In this document: one piece after another, positions 1-8,943 of the stretch
How the letters are laid out: every line of letters starts with the position of its first letter
How positions within the stretch are numbered: position 1 is the first letter of the stretch
NCBI GenBank assembly: GCA_037142615.1
Contig: JBAXAI010000004.1
Span: 1-64,000 of the forward strand
Direction: 5' to 3'
Length of the DNA: 64,000 bases
DNA from: Spirochaetales bacterium
Lineage (GTDB): Bacteria > Spirochaetota > Spirochaetia > JABEVK01
Translations under genes and position numbers: made by a program
The notes under the pieces: generated by a model
What the model was told of the DNA's origin: nothing
The model's input: only the letters and a program-made list of their open reading frames with translations
The model's database searches: none

Positions 1-222
1 GAGCACCATGACTATGTCAGCGTCAGGGGCGAGGGCTACCGCGAGGGCGAGGCCGCAGGTCTAGTGAAAGGAGAAGCCCGTGGCGAGGAACGCCTCACCC
101 AGGAAAGGGTCAGGGTTGCGGTCGCACTCCTCGCTGAGGGCATGAGCGTTGCCAAAGTTGCCGAGCTGACTGGGCTGCCTGTGGCGACGGTAGAGGCGCT
201 TGCCGAAGCCCGACCGAACTGA
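1..222 (+). CDS. C-terminal fragment of Rpn/PD-(D/E)XK nuclease family protein (5' end outside window)
   Basis: Frame 1 reads ...EGYREGEAAGLVKGEARGEE...VAVALLAEGMSVAKVAELTGLP...*, the EG-repeat plus HTH tail typical of Rpn/YhgA-like proteins; TGA at 220-222. Confidence 0.7.
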   Translation, partial: EHHDYVSVRGEGYREGEAAGLVKGEARGEERLTQERVRVAVALLAEGMSVAKVAELTGLPVATVEALAEARPN

Positions 223-261
223 ATCCTCCCGCTGACTTCAACCGTGCTATCCTGAGTTCCC

Positions 262-606
262 ATGGAAGAACTGAAAACCTTGTTGTCCGCCAGCCGTGCA
301 GCCCTCGCCGCAGGACAAGCCCCCTTCACCGTCGCCGAGGAGTTCTTTGAGGCGGCAGTCACACCTATTTCGAAGCTGCGTTCCCAAGGAACTCTGCCCC
401 CGGAGGCCGAGGCCACCATCTTGGAAGCGGTGCAGGCCCTGATGGGGTGGGGCGGCTTGCTGTTTGCCGCCGACCGCGACGCCACGCGCAAGCTCGACCG
501 CATTCTGAGCTGGGCAAAGCACCTGGCTGGTAAGTCGGCGGCCCGCCCCGAGCTGGAGCAACTGTTCGACAACGCCTACCAAGACTGGCACTGGCACGGC
601 TGGTGA
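262..606 (+). CDS. hypothetical protein
   Basis: 114 aa ORF; TGnTATCCT upstream; GTGA overlap with next gene. Confidence 0.65.
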   Translation: MEELKTLLSASRAALAAGQAPFTVAEEFFEAAVTPISKLRSQGTLPPEAEATILEAVQALMGWGGLLFAADRDATRKLDRILSWAKHLAGKSAARPELEQLFDNAYQDWHWHGW

Positions 607-1115
607 GCCCGGTCATCCGCCCCGCGCAACCCGACGACGCGCGGGCCTTGCTCGCCTACATGAAGGCCATCTTCTCAGAGCCCGACTTGAGCCTTCCTGT
701 CGAGCCTGACGAGTTCAGCGTGTCGCTTGCGGACGAGAACGAGGTTCTGGCAAAAGCAGCGGCCAACCCGCGCGAGTTGTTCCTGGTGGCCGTCGACGGA
801 GCCAAGGTCGTGGGTGTTCTCAACGTGGTTGCCAACCAACGGCGGGCCAACCAGCACGATGTGTCATTTGGCCTGACGGTGGCCCGCGACTACCGCGGCC
901 AAGGACTCGGCACCCGGTTGTTGGAACAGATGCTCGCCTGGGCCCGGTCGAACGATCTGATCACCTCGGTCAACCTGACCGTGTGGAAGCGCAACCGCGC
1001 GGCCATCCGCCTCTACCGCCGCTTCGGCTTCCGCCCCTGCGGTGAGCGCAAGTACGCGGTGCACCGCTACGGACGCTTTCAGACGGTGGTGGCCATGGAG
1101 TTGTTGCTGCAATAG
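603..1115 (+). CDS. GNAT family N-acetyltransferase
   Basis: IRPA start; acetyl-CoA motif YRGQGLGTRLL; NRAAIRLYRRFGF. Confidence 0.9.
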   Translation: MSPVIRPAQPDDARALLAYMKAIFSEPDLSLPVEPDEFSVSLADENEVLAKAAANPRELFLVAVDGAKVVGVLNVVANQRRANQHDVSFGLTVARDYRGQGLGTRLLEQMLAWARSNDLITSVNLTVWKRNRAAIRLYRRFGFRPCGERKYAVHRYGRFQTVVAMELLLQ

Positions 1116-2005
1116 CGCGCCGCTACGTCATCGACGGTGGGCAACTCGCCGAACAGGTCCTTTTGCTTCTGGGTGTTCTTGCTGACGTAGTCACCCTTCT
1201 TGATCCATTGCACCATGGCCAGCGTGTCCTTGAGGGCAGGGTTGAAGGCGGCCAACAGCGGCATCAGCGCCATCATCACTGGTGAAAAGGCGGGTTTGCT
1301 CACCACGGGCTTTCCCAAAACCTTGGCAAAGGCGGCCGCGAGCACCGTGCCGGTTGCGGGCACGTTCCAGCCGACGTCGACACTTTGGTTCATCGCCGTA
1401 TCGGGCAACTCGAGCGCAGCTTGGGCGGCATACTTGGCCAGGTCGGGGGTGTAGATCATGCCCAGCGTCGCACCCGGCACAAACTCCGGATACACGCCGT
1501 TCTTGAGTCCCGCCGCGACCAGGTCCTTGGACTGATCGAGGAAGGCTCCGGCCCGCAGGGCGAGGTAGGTTTGCTTGCGCTTTTGCAGGTAGCTCTCGGC
1601 GACAAACTTGTTGTAGAAGTGCGGCACCGTGGTGGCCTTGTCGCATTCCAGGATCGAAATGAGCACGAAACGGCCCAGACCGGCGTTCTTGCAGGCATCG
1701 ATCAGGTTGTGGTACCCCTCGGTGTCGACCTTAGCCGTGTCGCCCTTGGTGTGGGCGGTGTAGCCGGCGGCGCTCGCCACGACAGCAACGGCGCGGGGTT
1801 CGGAACTCAGCGCCTTTTGCAGGGTCCCCGGGTCCAGCAAATCAGCGACGACAAAATCCGTGACTCCCGCAGCCGAAAGAGCTGTCCGGTCGCTGGTGGC
1901 CCGGACCAGAGCCCGCACCTGGGCGCCTTTGGCCAGCAGGGCCTTCGCAATCTCAAGCCCGAGGGCTCCTGTGGCTCCCACCACCGTGACAATTTTGCCG
2001 TCCAT
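1079..2005 (-). CDS. NmrA/NAD(P)H-binding atypical SDR
   Basis: VVGATGALG Rossmann motif; NmrA-like length and layout. Confidence 0.85.
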   Translation of the reverse strand: MDGKIVTVVGATGALGLEIAKALLAKGAQVRALVRATSDRTALSAAGVTDFVVADLLDPGTLQKALSSEPRAVAVVASAAGYTAHTKGDTAKVDTEGYHNLIDACKNAGLGRFVLISILECDKATTVPHFYNKFVAESYLQKRKQTYLALRAGAFLDQSKDLVAAGLKNGVYPEFVPGATLGMIYTPDLAKYAAQAALELPDTAMNQSVDVGWNVPATGTVLAAAFAKVLGKPVVSKPAFSPVMMALMPLLAAFNPALKDTLAMVQWIKKGDYVSKNTQKQKDLFGELPTVDDVAARYCSNNSMATTV

Positions 2006-2074
2006 GTGTGCTCCTTGTTAATTCACCTTCGAAAGTCCGACGCTTTGGAGGGAAAGACAAGGAATCCGGGCGCA

Positions 2075-3094
2075 TTAGCCCTTAAATCGGGCCCAATGGA
2101 GCCTGGCAGCCTTGGAACGCGGGTTGTCGTACTTTTCTTGAGCCGAAGGCCGCAGCGGTTCGTCGGAAATCTCAGCGTAGTCGCCCACGTCTTTGCCCCG
2201 CCGGAAGGCCGCCCGGACCCGGGTTTCCTCGCCGGAATGAAAAGTGAGCACGGCGACCCGGCCGCCGGGGGTCAGAGCTCGGGGCAAAGCGAGCAAAAGA
2301 GCGTCGAGCGACGCGAACTCGTCGTTGACCGCGATCCGCAGCGCCTGAAAGGTCCGCTGGAAAGTCTTGTTCAGCGCCTCGTCGTTGCTAACTCGGCCGC
2401 TGACGGCCTTGCGGACGATGTTCACCAAGTCGGTGGTGGTGCGCACCGCGCCACGCCGCGCGCACAGCGCGCCCGCGATTCTGGCGGCCTGCGGTTCGTC
2501 GGCGTGGCTGGTCAGCAGGCGCTCCAGTTCAGCCTGCGTAACCGTTAGCAGGAACTCGGCGGCGCTCTGACCCTGTTCGGGATCGAGCCGCAGGTCGAGC
2601 GGCCCGGTCGCTTTGAACGTGAACCCCCGCTCGGGGTTGTCGATCTGCATCGAGCTGATCCCCAGGTCGGCCAGCACGAAGTCGAAGCCGCCACGGGTCA
2701 GCGGCAAAAGCTCGAGCAGCCGCGAGAAACTCTGCCTGCGAACCGCCAAAGTCGACTCGGGAAAACCGAGGGCCTTCAAGCGGGCTTCGGCCTTGGGCAG
2801 CTCGTGGGGATCGATGTCGGTAGCGACCAATAGTCCCGTTGGCTGCACCGCTTTCAGCAGCTCGGCGCTGTGGCCTCCCCAGCCCAGCGTGCAATCGAGC
2901 CCGGTTTCACCGGGGGAGGGGTGCAACCGTTCCAGAATCTCGGTCAGCAGGATGGGCCGGTGGCTCCCCGCCGGAGTTTGCCCGCGGCCCTGCACCTTGG
3001 CCACGTCATCGGGGTACTGTTCGGGGTTGAGTTCTTTGTACTTGTGGGCAAATTGCCGCGGGTGAGTCCCGCTGTAGCGCGGTCGTCTCACCAA
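2075..3094 (-). CDS. rsmH: 16S rRNA m4C1402 methyltransferase RsmH-family protein with N-terminal extension
   Basis: DCTLGWGGHS, DLGISSMQID, FQALRIAVNDE, TFHSGE, NPRSKAARL motifs. Confidence 0.88.
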   Translation of the reverse strand: MVRRPRYSGTHPRQFAHKYKELNPEQYPDDVAKVQGRGQTPAGSHRPILLTEILERLHPSPGETGLDCTLGWGGHSAELLKAVQPTGLLVATDIDPHELPKAEARLKALGFPESTLAVRRQSFSRLLELLPLTRGGFDFVLADLGISSMQIDNPERGFTFKATGPLDLRLDPEQGQSAAEFLLTVTQAELERLLTSHADEPQAARIAGALCARRGAVRTTTDLVNIVRKAVSGRVSNDEALNKTFQRTFQALRIAVNDEFASLDALLLALPRALTPGGRVAVLTFHSGEETRVRAAFRRGKDVGDYAEISDEPLRPSAQEKYDNPRSKAARLHWARFKG

Positions 3095-5298
3095 AGAAGG
3101 TTCAGAGCCGCTACGAGCTCTTCCCTCAGGTAGGGCTTTTTGATCGCCGCCCGGAAGCCGTGGGCGCTCGGGTTGGCCAGTACCGGGGCCTCCGAATAAC
3201 CGCTGGCGACCATCACGGGGAACTTGTCGTCGAGGGTTCGCACGCCCGCCAGGACTTCCTGTCCCCCGAGACCTCCGCGGATGGTCAGGTCGAGGATGGC
3301 TCCCACCAGAGACTGGGGGCCTTTGCGGTCGGCTTCGAAGGCGTTCAAAGCCTCCTGTCCCGTTGCAACGCGCACCACCCCGTAGCCGAGCGAAACCAAC
3401 ATTTCTTCGAGAATCTGACCTATGGCGGCATCATCCTCGAGCACCAGCAGGCTTCCGTGTCCACGGTGGCCTTCCGATGCGTGGGCGGGCTTGGCGGCAA
3501 CCACCTCTTCGGCGGCCGGCAGCGAGACGTGAAAGGTCGTTCCTTGTCCGAGCTCGGACTCGACCCGGATGCTTCCCCCGTGTTTGGTGACAATGGAGTA
3601 GCAGGTGGTCAGGCCCAGGCCGTGGCCAAGTTCCTTGGTCGTGTAGAAGGGCTCAAAGAGCCGGTCGCGGGTCTCGGCCGTCATGCCGCTTCCGCTGTCG
3701 GTCACGCTGAGGTCGATCCAGCGGCGCTGTTCAGCATCGACGCGGTTGGCGGCCGTGATTCGGATCTTCCCGCCCTGTGGCATGGCCTGAACGGCGTTGA
3801 TGACCAAGTTGTCGATGACCTGGCCTATCTGGTTGTGGTCGTACCGGCAGGGCCAAAGATCGGCCGCAGCGTGGATCTCGAGCCGCACGGTGGAGCCGCT
3901 GAGCGCGAACCGCGCCGTTTCTTCCACAAACGGAAACAGGGGGCCGCTTCGAAGTTCGGGATGCCCTCCTTTCGAAAAGGTCATCAGTTGCTGGGTCAGG
4001 TTACGGGCACGGCCCAGGGTCTCCAGGGTCTTGACCAGATACGGCGAGGCCGGTCCGTTCTTGTCTTTTACCAACGCCAGTTCCATGTTGCCGAAAATCG
4101 CCGCCAGCAAATTATTGAAGTCGTGGGCGATGCCGCCGGCCAACAGCCCCAGGGCCTCCATCCGTTGGTTTTGACTGATCAGCGCCTCGAGCTGGATCCG
4201 TTCGGCGTCACGACGTTCCCGCTCCTGCAACAGGAGGTTCAGGGCCTCGATCAGGTTGCCGATCTCGTTGGTGCGCGGCACCGGCAGGGGCTCGAACTTC
4301 CGGCCAGGCTCTGCCATTTGGGCCAGCTTGTCGATGGTTGTGACCACGGGCAACAGCTGACGCCGAAGCAAGATCCAGTTTGCCGCGCCGGTGAGCAGCG
4401 TCAGCACAAAGACAAAGACGAGCATGCGGTCTTGCAGCACCCGAATGGGCGCAAACACTTCGTGCGTCGGGGTGTTGAGGGCAACGTACCAGTTGGCAAT
4501 CGGAATGTGTTCTACCGAAGCCAGAACCTCGACGCCCTTGGGCGTGACAAGAACCCGAGACCCGTTGGCGCCTTCCAGGAAGGCATCGATGCCCGGATTC
4601 ACACCCTTCGGCGGCAATTGCTCCATGGTGCGGGAACGGTCCGACGAGGTGATGATCAGGCGCTGCGAACGCGTGATCAACAGGTAGCCGGTGGCTCCCC
4701 CCAACGAGCTTTGGTCCAGATAATTGAGGAAGTTCGGCTTGCTGAGATCGATCACGCCGACCAGGCAGCCTTTCACGTTGCCCGTTTCGTCGTCCACCGG
4801 GACGGCGATCGAAAACACCGGAGTCTTGAGGGCAGCCCCCACGACGATATCGCTCAGGGCGACCGAGTTTTCGGTCAGGGCCTTTAGAACGTGCGGCCTT
4901 TCGAGATAGCGGATGCCGACGCGGCCGGCCGCTGCGGGAATCGACGCCAAGGCAACGCCCTCGAGGCCGGTGATGTAACCGCCACCGTTGAAAAGCACCA
5001 TGAGGCTCGGCCGGGTGTCGAGGAACTGCTGCAAGGCCAACTTGTCTTTCAGTAACTCGGGCGTAACCATCCGCGCGATCGCCTTCAGCGATTCGATGCG
5101 GTCGTTCAATTGGTGGCCCACCAAGTCGGCGATCACCGCAGCGGCCACGTGCTGACTGTTCCCGAAGTTCGCTTCGAGTTCGGAACGTTGCGACCAGCCC
5201 ACCGACAGCGCCAAAGCCCACAGGCTGACCAGCCAAACCAACGTCGTGACAAGGGTCAAGCGCGTCTTGAGGGATTGCCAAGGGCGTTTCAAGGGCAT
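3088..5298 (-). CDS. hybrid sensor histidine kinase (TM-Cache-TM-HAMP-HisKA-HATPase-REC)
   Basis: H-box GIAHDFNNLL; N, G1, F, G2 boxes; C-terminal receiver (LEDD...ILDL); GGAGG SD. Confidence 0.92.
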   Translation of the reverse strand: MPLKRPWQSLKTRLTLVTTLVWLVSLWALALSVGWSQRSELEANFGNSQHVAAAVIADLVGHQLNDRIESLKAIARMVTPELLKDKLALQQFLDTRPSLMVLFNGGGYITGLEGVALASIPAAAGRVGIRYLERPHVLKALTENSVALSDIVVGAALKTPVFSIAVPVDDETGNVKGCLVGVIDLSKPNFLNYLDQSSLGGATGYLLITRSQRLIITSSDRSRTMEQLPPKGVNPGIDAFLEGANGSRVLVTPKGVEVLASVEHIPIANWYVALNTPTHEVFAPIRVLQDRMLVFVFVLTLLTGAANWILLRRQLLPVVTTIDKLAQMAEPGRKFEPLPVPRTNEIGNLIEALNLLLQERERRDAERIQLEALISQNQRMEALGLLAGGIAHDFNNLLAAIFGNMELALVKDKNGPASPYLVKTLETLGRARNLTQQLMTFSKGGHPELRSGPLFPFVEETARFALSGSTVRLEIHAAADLWPCRYDHNQIGQVIDNLVINAVQAMPQGGKIRITAANRVDAEQRRWIDLSVTDSGSGMTAETRDRLFEPFYTTKELGHGLGLTTCYSIVTKHGGSIRVESELGQGTTFHVSLPAAEEVVAAKPAHASEGHRGHGSLLVLEDDAAIGQILEEMLVSLGYGVVRVATGQEALNAFEADRKGPQSLVGAILDLTIRGGLGGQEVLAGVRTLDDKFPVMVASGYSEAPVLANPSAHGFRAAIKKPYLREELVAALNLLW

Positions 5299-5326
5299 GG
5301 TACCGCCTCCACACGACCAGTATACG

Positions 5327-6295
5327 CTATGTCCAGCTCTTTAGGACGGTTAACTCGCCCTGAACAACGACGTGGAGGTTCGCCGGCAAGAACCAGGTTT
5401 CGCCCCCCTGCACCAGGTAGGCCTTTCCCGCGTGGACCAGGGCTCCGCCTCCATCGACGATGCTGAGAATCTGGTAGTTGTCGGTCGCCGCAAGGGCCCA
5501 GGTTCCATTCACCGCGACCCGGTCGACACTGTACTGCTCGTCGTGCACCAGAGGCTCCAGTACCGCTCCGGGCACTACCTCGGTGGGGCGCTGGCCCGCG
5601 TGGGTCAGTACGGGCGGGCGGTCAAAACGGATCACCTGCAACGCCTTGTCGAGGTGCAACTCGCGCCTCTTGCCGTTGTCGAGCCGGTCGAAGTCGTAAA
5701 TGCGGTAGGTCGTGTCGCTGTTTTGTTGGATCTCGCAAAGCAGCACCGAGCCGGTGAGCGACGCGTGGACGGTTCCCGGCGTGACGTGCACAAAGTCACC
5801 GGCTTGGACCGCCACCTCACGGAACAGTCCTTTCCACTGCCCGGCACGCGAACGCAGCGCAAACAACTCGGCATCGACTCCTTCAGCCATGCCCAAGATC
5901 AGTTTGGCATCGGGGCTGGCTTGCAGCACGTACCAGCACTCGGACTTGCCGAACTCGCCCTCGTTGGCCAGCGCGTAGGCGTTGTCGGGGTGCACCTGGA
6001 TCGACAGCTTGTCGTGGATATCCAGGTACTTGATCAGCAGAGGGAAGTTGGACCCAAACCGCTGCGCATTGGCCTTTCCCACCAGGCGCGCCCCTTCGCG
6101 TGCAACGAGATCGGGCAGGGTTTGTCCTTGCCAGTCCCCCTCGGCGACCACCGAGGGTCCGTTGGGGTGAGCCGAGACCTCCCAACTTTCGCCGTAAGGG
6201 GCCTCGGTAGGCAGGTCGATGCCGAGAAAGGACTCAAACTCGCGTCCTCCCCAGATTTTTTCCTTCAGAACCTTCTGAAACTTCAGTGGGTACAT
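5327..6295 (-). CDS. manA: class I mannose-6-phosphate isomerase
   Basis: KIWGG, GESWE, LSIQVHP, KSECWY, EIQQNSDTTYR. Confidence 0.93.
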   Translation of the reverse strand: MYPLKFQKVLKEKIWGGREFESFLGIDLPTEAPYGESWEVSAHPNGPSVVAEGDWQGQTLPDLVAREGARLVGKANAQRFGSNFPLLIKYLDIHDKLSIQVHPDNAYALANEGEFGKSECWYVLQASPDAKLILGMAEGVDAELFALRSRAGQWKGLFREVAVQAGDFVHVTPGTVHASLTGSVLLCEIQQNSDTTYRIYDFDRLDNGKRRELHLDKALQVIRFDRPPVLTHAGQRPTEVVPGAVLEPLVHDEQYSVDRVAVNGTWALAATDNYQILSIVDGGGALVHAGKAYLVQGGETWFLPANLHVVVQGELTVLKSWT

Positions 6296-6323
6296 GTCTC
6301 AGTCAATCACAAAACCGCTGGGT

Positions 6324-6352
6324 TTGACAAAGGCCCTTCCTTCCCTCAGTCT
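6324..6352 (+). promoter_or_regulatory. sigma70-like promoter, probably leaderless transcript
   Basis: TTGACA (6324-6329), 17 nt spacer, CAGTCT, 7 nt, then ATG 6360. Confidence 0.5.
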
Positions 6353-6359
6353 AGACCCT

Positions 6360-8000
6360 ATGGAACCCCATTCCACCGCGCGCGACTGGCAGGCCCGGAT
6401 CCGGCTTTGGGCCGCCCTTGTCATTTGCTTCTTTGAACTGCTTTCTATCCTCGTCTACGCCGCCGGCTGGATCTCGGGCGAGGCCATGCAGCAGGTGTTG
6501 GCCTGGGAAGAACCTCTGCTGCTGCTGTTCCCGCTGTTTTCGGTGGCCCTGTACACGCACATGGGCTTGGCCCTGTGGAAGTTTTTTCAGCGCAACACGC
6601 TCAAGATGGCCGTGTGGGAAGCTTTTCAACTGGGCCTGGGCCTGCTCATCCCCCTTTTGATGGTCACGCCCAGCCTGGCTTTGACGCTGATGGACCTCAA
6701 GTACGGCACCGGCGGAATGACCACCGAAGCGCTTCTGGTCGGCTACCCCGAGATCGCCTGGCGAACCGCGGCCATGACCCTCATCGTCGTCATCCACGCC
6801 CAGATCGGTGTCCATACTATCCTTCGTATGCGCCGCTGGTACCCGCAGGTGCGCTGGTTTCTGTTCACTGTACTCGTTGCTTTGCCGCTTGCCGCCGTCA
6901 GTGCCACGTTTCTCACCCAGTCGCTCGGCGCTTTTGCACCGCAGAAACAACTCACGGCCGAGCAGTTGGACTTTCTGCGCCTGGTCGATCTGGAAGCCTC
7001 AGTAGTCGTCATTGCTCTGTACGCTTTGCTGTTCCTGGCCCGCGAACTGCGGCTCAAACGCCGCGAAAGCTTCAACACCATCGAAGTTCTGTACGCCGGC
7101 GGGCGGGTCGTCCGGGTCGCGCCGGGCACCACCGTGCTCGAAGCCAGTCGCATCCACGGCATTCCCCACGCGTCGATCTGCGGAGGTCGGGGCCGCTGCA
7201 CCACTTGCCGCATCAAAGTGAACGCCGGCCAAGGAGGTCTGTCCCCCGTCGGCGAGCGCGAGCACAAGGCCCTCACCCGCATCGGGGCCGCCGAAGGCAT
7301 CCGACTGGCCTGCCAAGCCCAATGTCAGGAAGGCCCGCTGGAAATTGCCATCCTGCTGCCGCAAAGTGTCCACCCCCGTACCGCCCGCCGCGAGACCCCG
7401 AACACCCTGGGCCGCGACGTCGAGTTGGCCGTGATGTTCGTCGATCTGCGGGGCTTCACCAGCCTCTCGGAACAGAAGTTCCCCTACGACGTGGTGTTCA
7501 TTCTCAACAACTACTTTCAAACCATGGGCAACGCCATTCAGGCAGCGGGTGGGGTCGTCGACAAGTTCCTCGGCGATGGTATTTTGGCGTACTTCGGGCT
7601 CGACACCGACCCGCGTGAGGGGTGCCGCAACGCGCTGCTGGCCAGCCGCGAAATGGCCCGCAGCCTGCACGACCTGAACCTTCGCCTGTCGCACGTGCTT
7701 ACCAGCGACCTGCAGATCGGCATCAGCATCCACTTTGGAGACCTCATTTTGGGCGAGATCGGCTTTGACGAAAGGCGTCAGCTCACCATCATCGGCGACA
7801 CAGTGAACACCGCCAGCCGCCTCGAGTCGCTAAACAAGAAGATGGGCAGCCAGTTGATCCTCAGCTCCCGTGTGGCAGCGCTGGCTGGGGCTGACCTGGC
7901 CCACTTGCCCATGGCCAGTGTCACCCCTCGCGGCAAAGAGGAGCCCCTGCGCGTTTACGTGGTCAAGAGCATTCTCGAGGGGCTGGCCGACCTCGGTTAA
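6360..8000 (+). CDS. membrane class III adenylate/guanylate cyclase with 2Fe-2S ferredoxin domain (CyaC-like)
   Basis: N-terminal TM helices; CGGRGRCTTC...RLAC; FVDLRGFT, DKFLGDG, GDTVNTASRLE; start placed at ATG 6360. Confidence 0.9.
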   Translation: MEPHSTARDWQARIRLWAALVICFFELLSILVYAAGWISGEAMQQVLAWEEPLLLLFPLFSVALYTHMGLALWKFFQRNTLKMAVWEAFQLGLGLLIPLLMVTPSLALTLMDLKYGTGGMTTEALLVGYPEIAWRTAAMTLIVVIHAQIGVHTILRMRRWYPQVRWFLFTVLVALPLAAVSATFLTQSLGAFAPQKQLTAEQLDFLRLVDLEASVVVIALYALLFLARELRLKRRESFNTIEVLYAGGRVVRVAPGTTVLEASRIHGIPHASICGGRGRCTTCRIKVNAGQGGLSPVGEREHKALTRIGAAEGIRLACQAQCQEGPLEIAILLPQSVHPRTARRETPNTLGRDVELAVMFVDLRGFTSLSEQKFPYDVVFILNNYFQTMGNAIQAAGGVVDKFLGDGILAYFGLDTDPREGCRNALLASREMARSLHDLNLRLSHVLTSDLQIGISIHFGDLILGEIGFDERRQLTIIGDTVNTASRLESLNKKMGSQLILSSRVAALAGADLAHLPMASVTPRGKEEPLRVYVVKSILEGLADLG

Positions 8001-8019
8001 CAGGCGGTATGTTAGCCCC

Positions 8020-8943
8020 ATGAACACGCCTGTTCTGCCCGTGGTGCTTGTCACCGGTGGTACCGCCGGAATCGGCGGGCAAGTGACGCTTGAGCTCGCC
8101 CGGGCCGGCTTTGAGGTCTGGTTTGCCGGACGATCGGCAGCGCGTGGCCAAGCCATGGAAGGCCGACTGCGCAGCGAGGGCCTTCGCGGCACCTTCATTC
8201 AGGCCCACCTGGAGTCGCAAGACCAGATCGGGGCCTTGGCGGCGAGGGTGGATCATCTGCTCGATGGCCGTCCGTTGGCGGGTTTGGTCAACAACCTCGG
8301 GGGTGTTTTTCCGCACAAGATTCTCACTCCCGATGGGGTCGAAAAGACCTACGCCTTCAACTTCGCGCACCCCTTGCTGCTGGCTTGTTTGCTGCTTCCC
8401 AAGCTCGAGGCGGCTGGGGGGAGGGTGGTGCAAATGAGCACAGGCTACCACCATCTGGTGCGCCTTACCCGGGCCGATCTGGCCGGTCGCCGGTGGGATT
8501 GTGCCATGAACGTGTACGGAAGGGCCAAACTGCTGTCGGTGCAAGTCGGCGAGCTCGTGGGCTTGGCCTGGGCGAAACGGGGGGTTGGACTGCACTTCGC
8601 TGACCCTGGCATGGGCGAGACACCGCTCACCAAATCGATGAACAGCAAGGACTTCCCGTGGTATGGCCGCTTCCTGGCCCCGCTTGTTCACCGAGTTCAG
8701 CCCCTGATACCGCTGCACTGGTGCGCGTCGAGCACCCTCCGCTTGATGACGCCCCGAACCCTCGCGGCCGCCAGCGGCGTCTATGTGTTGCCGGGACCCC
8801 TGGTTCTGGCCCACCCTCTGGTGGGTTACAGCCCCAAGGCGGCCCGAGCCGCGTGGCCGCAGGTACGCAAGTGGTTTACGCCCGCGTGGGGCCCCGTGGT
8901 CGACCAGACCCTCGGTCAGGTCATGGACTCGTCGAGCACCTGA
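8020..8943 (+). CDS. SDR oxidoreductase (retinol dehydrogenase-like)
   Basis: VTGGTAGIG; YGRAK (YxxxK). Confidence 0.85.
   Translation: MNTPVLPVVLVTGGTAGIGGQVTLELARAGFEVWFAGRSAARGQAMEGRLRSEGLRGTFIQAHLESQDQIGALAARVDHLLDGRPLAGLVNNLGGVFPHKILTPDGVEKTYAFNFAHPLLLACLLLPKLEAAGGRVVQMSTGYHHLVRLTRADLAGRRWDCAMNVYGRAKLLSVQVGELVGLAWAKRGVGLHFADPGMGETPLTKSMNSKDFPWYGRFLAPLVHRVQPLIPLHWCASSTLRLMTPRTLAAASGVYVLPGPLVLAHPLVGYSPKAARAAWPQVRKWFTPAWGPVVDQTLGQVMDSSST

Noticed and set aside
1-222. Internally initiated small Rpn antitoxin
   Set aside because: Gene is truncated by the window and no convincing in-frame start with SD is seen.
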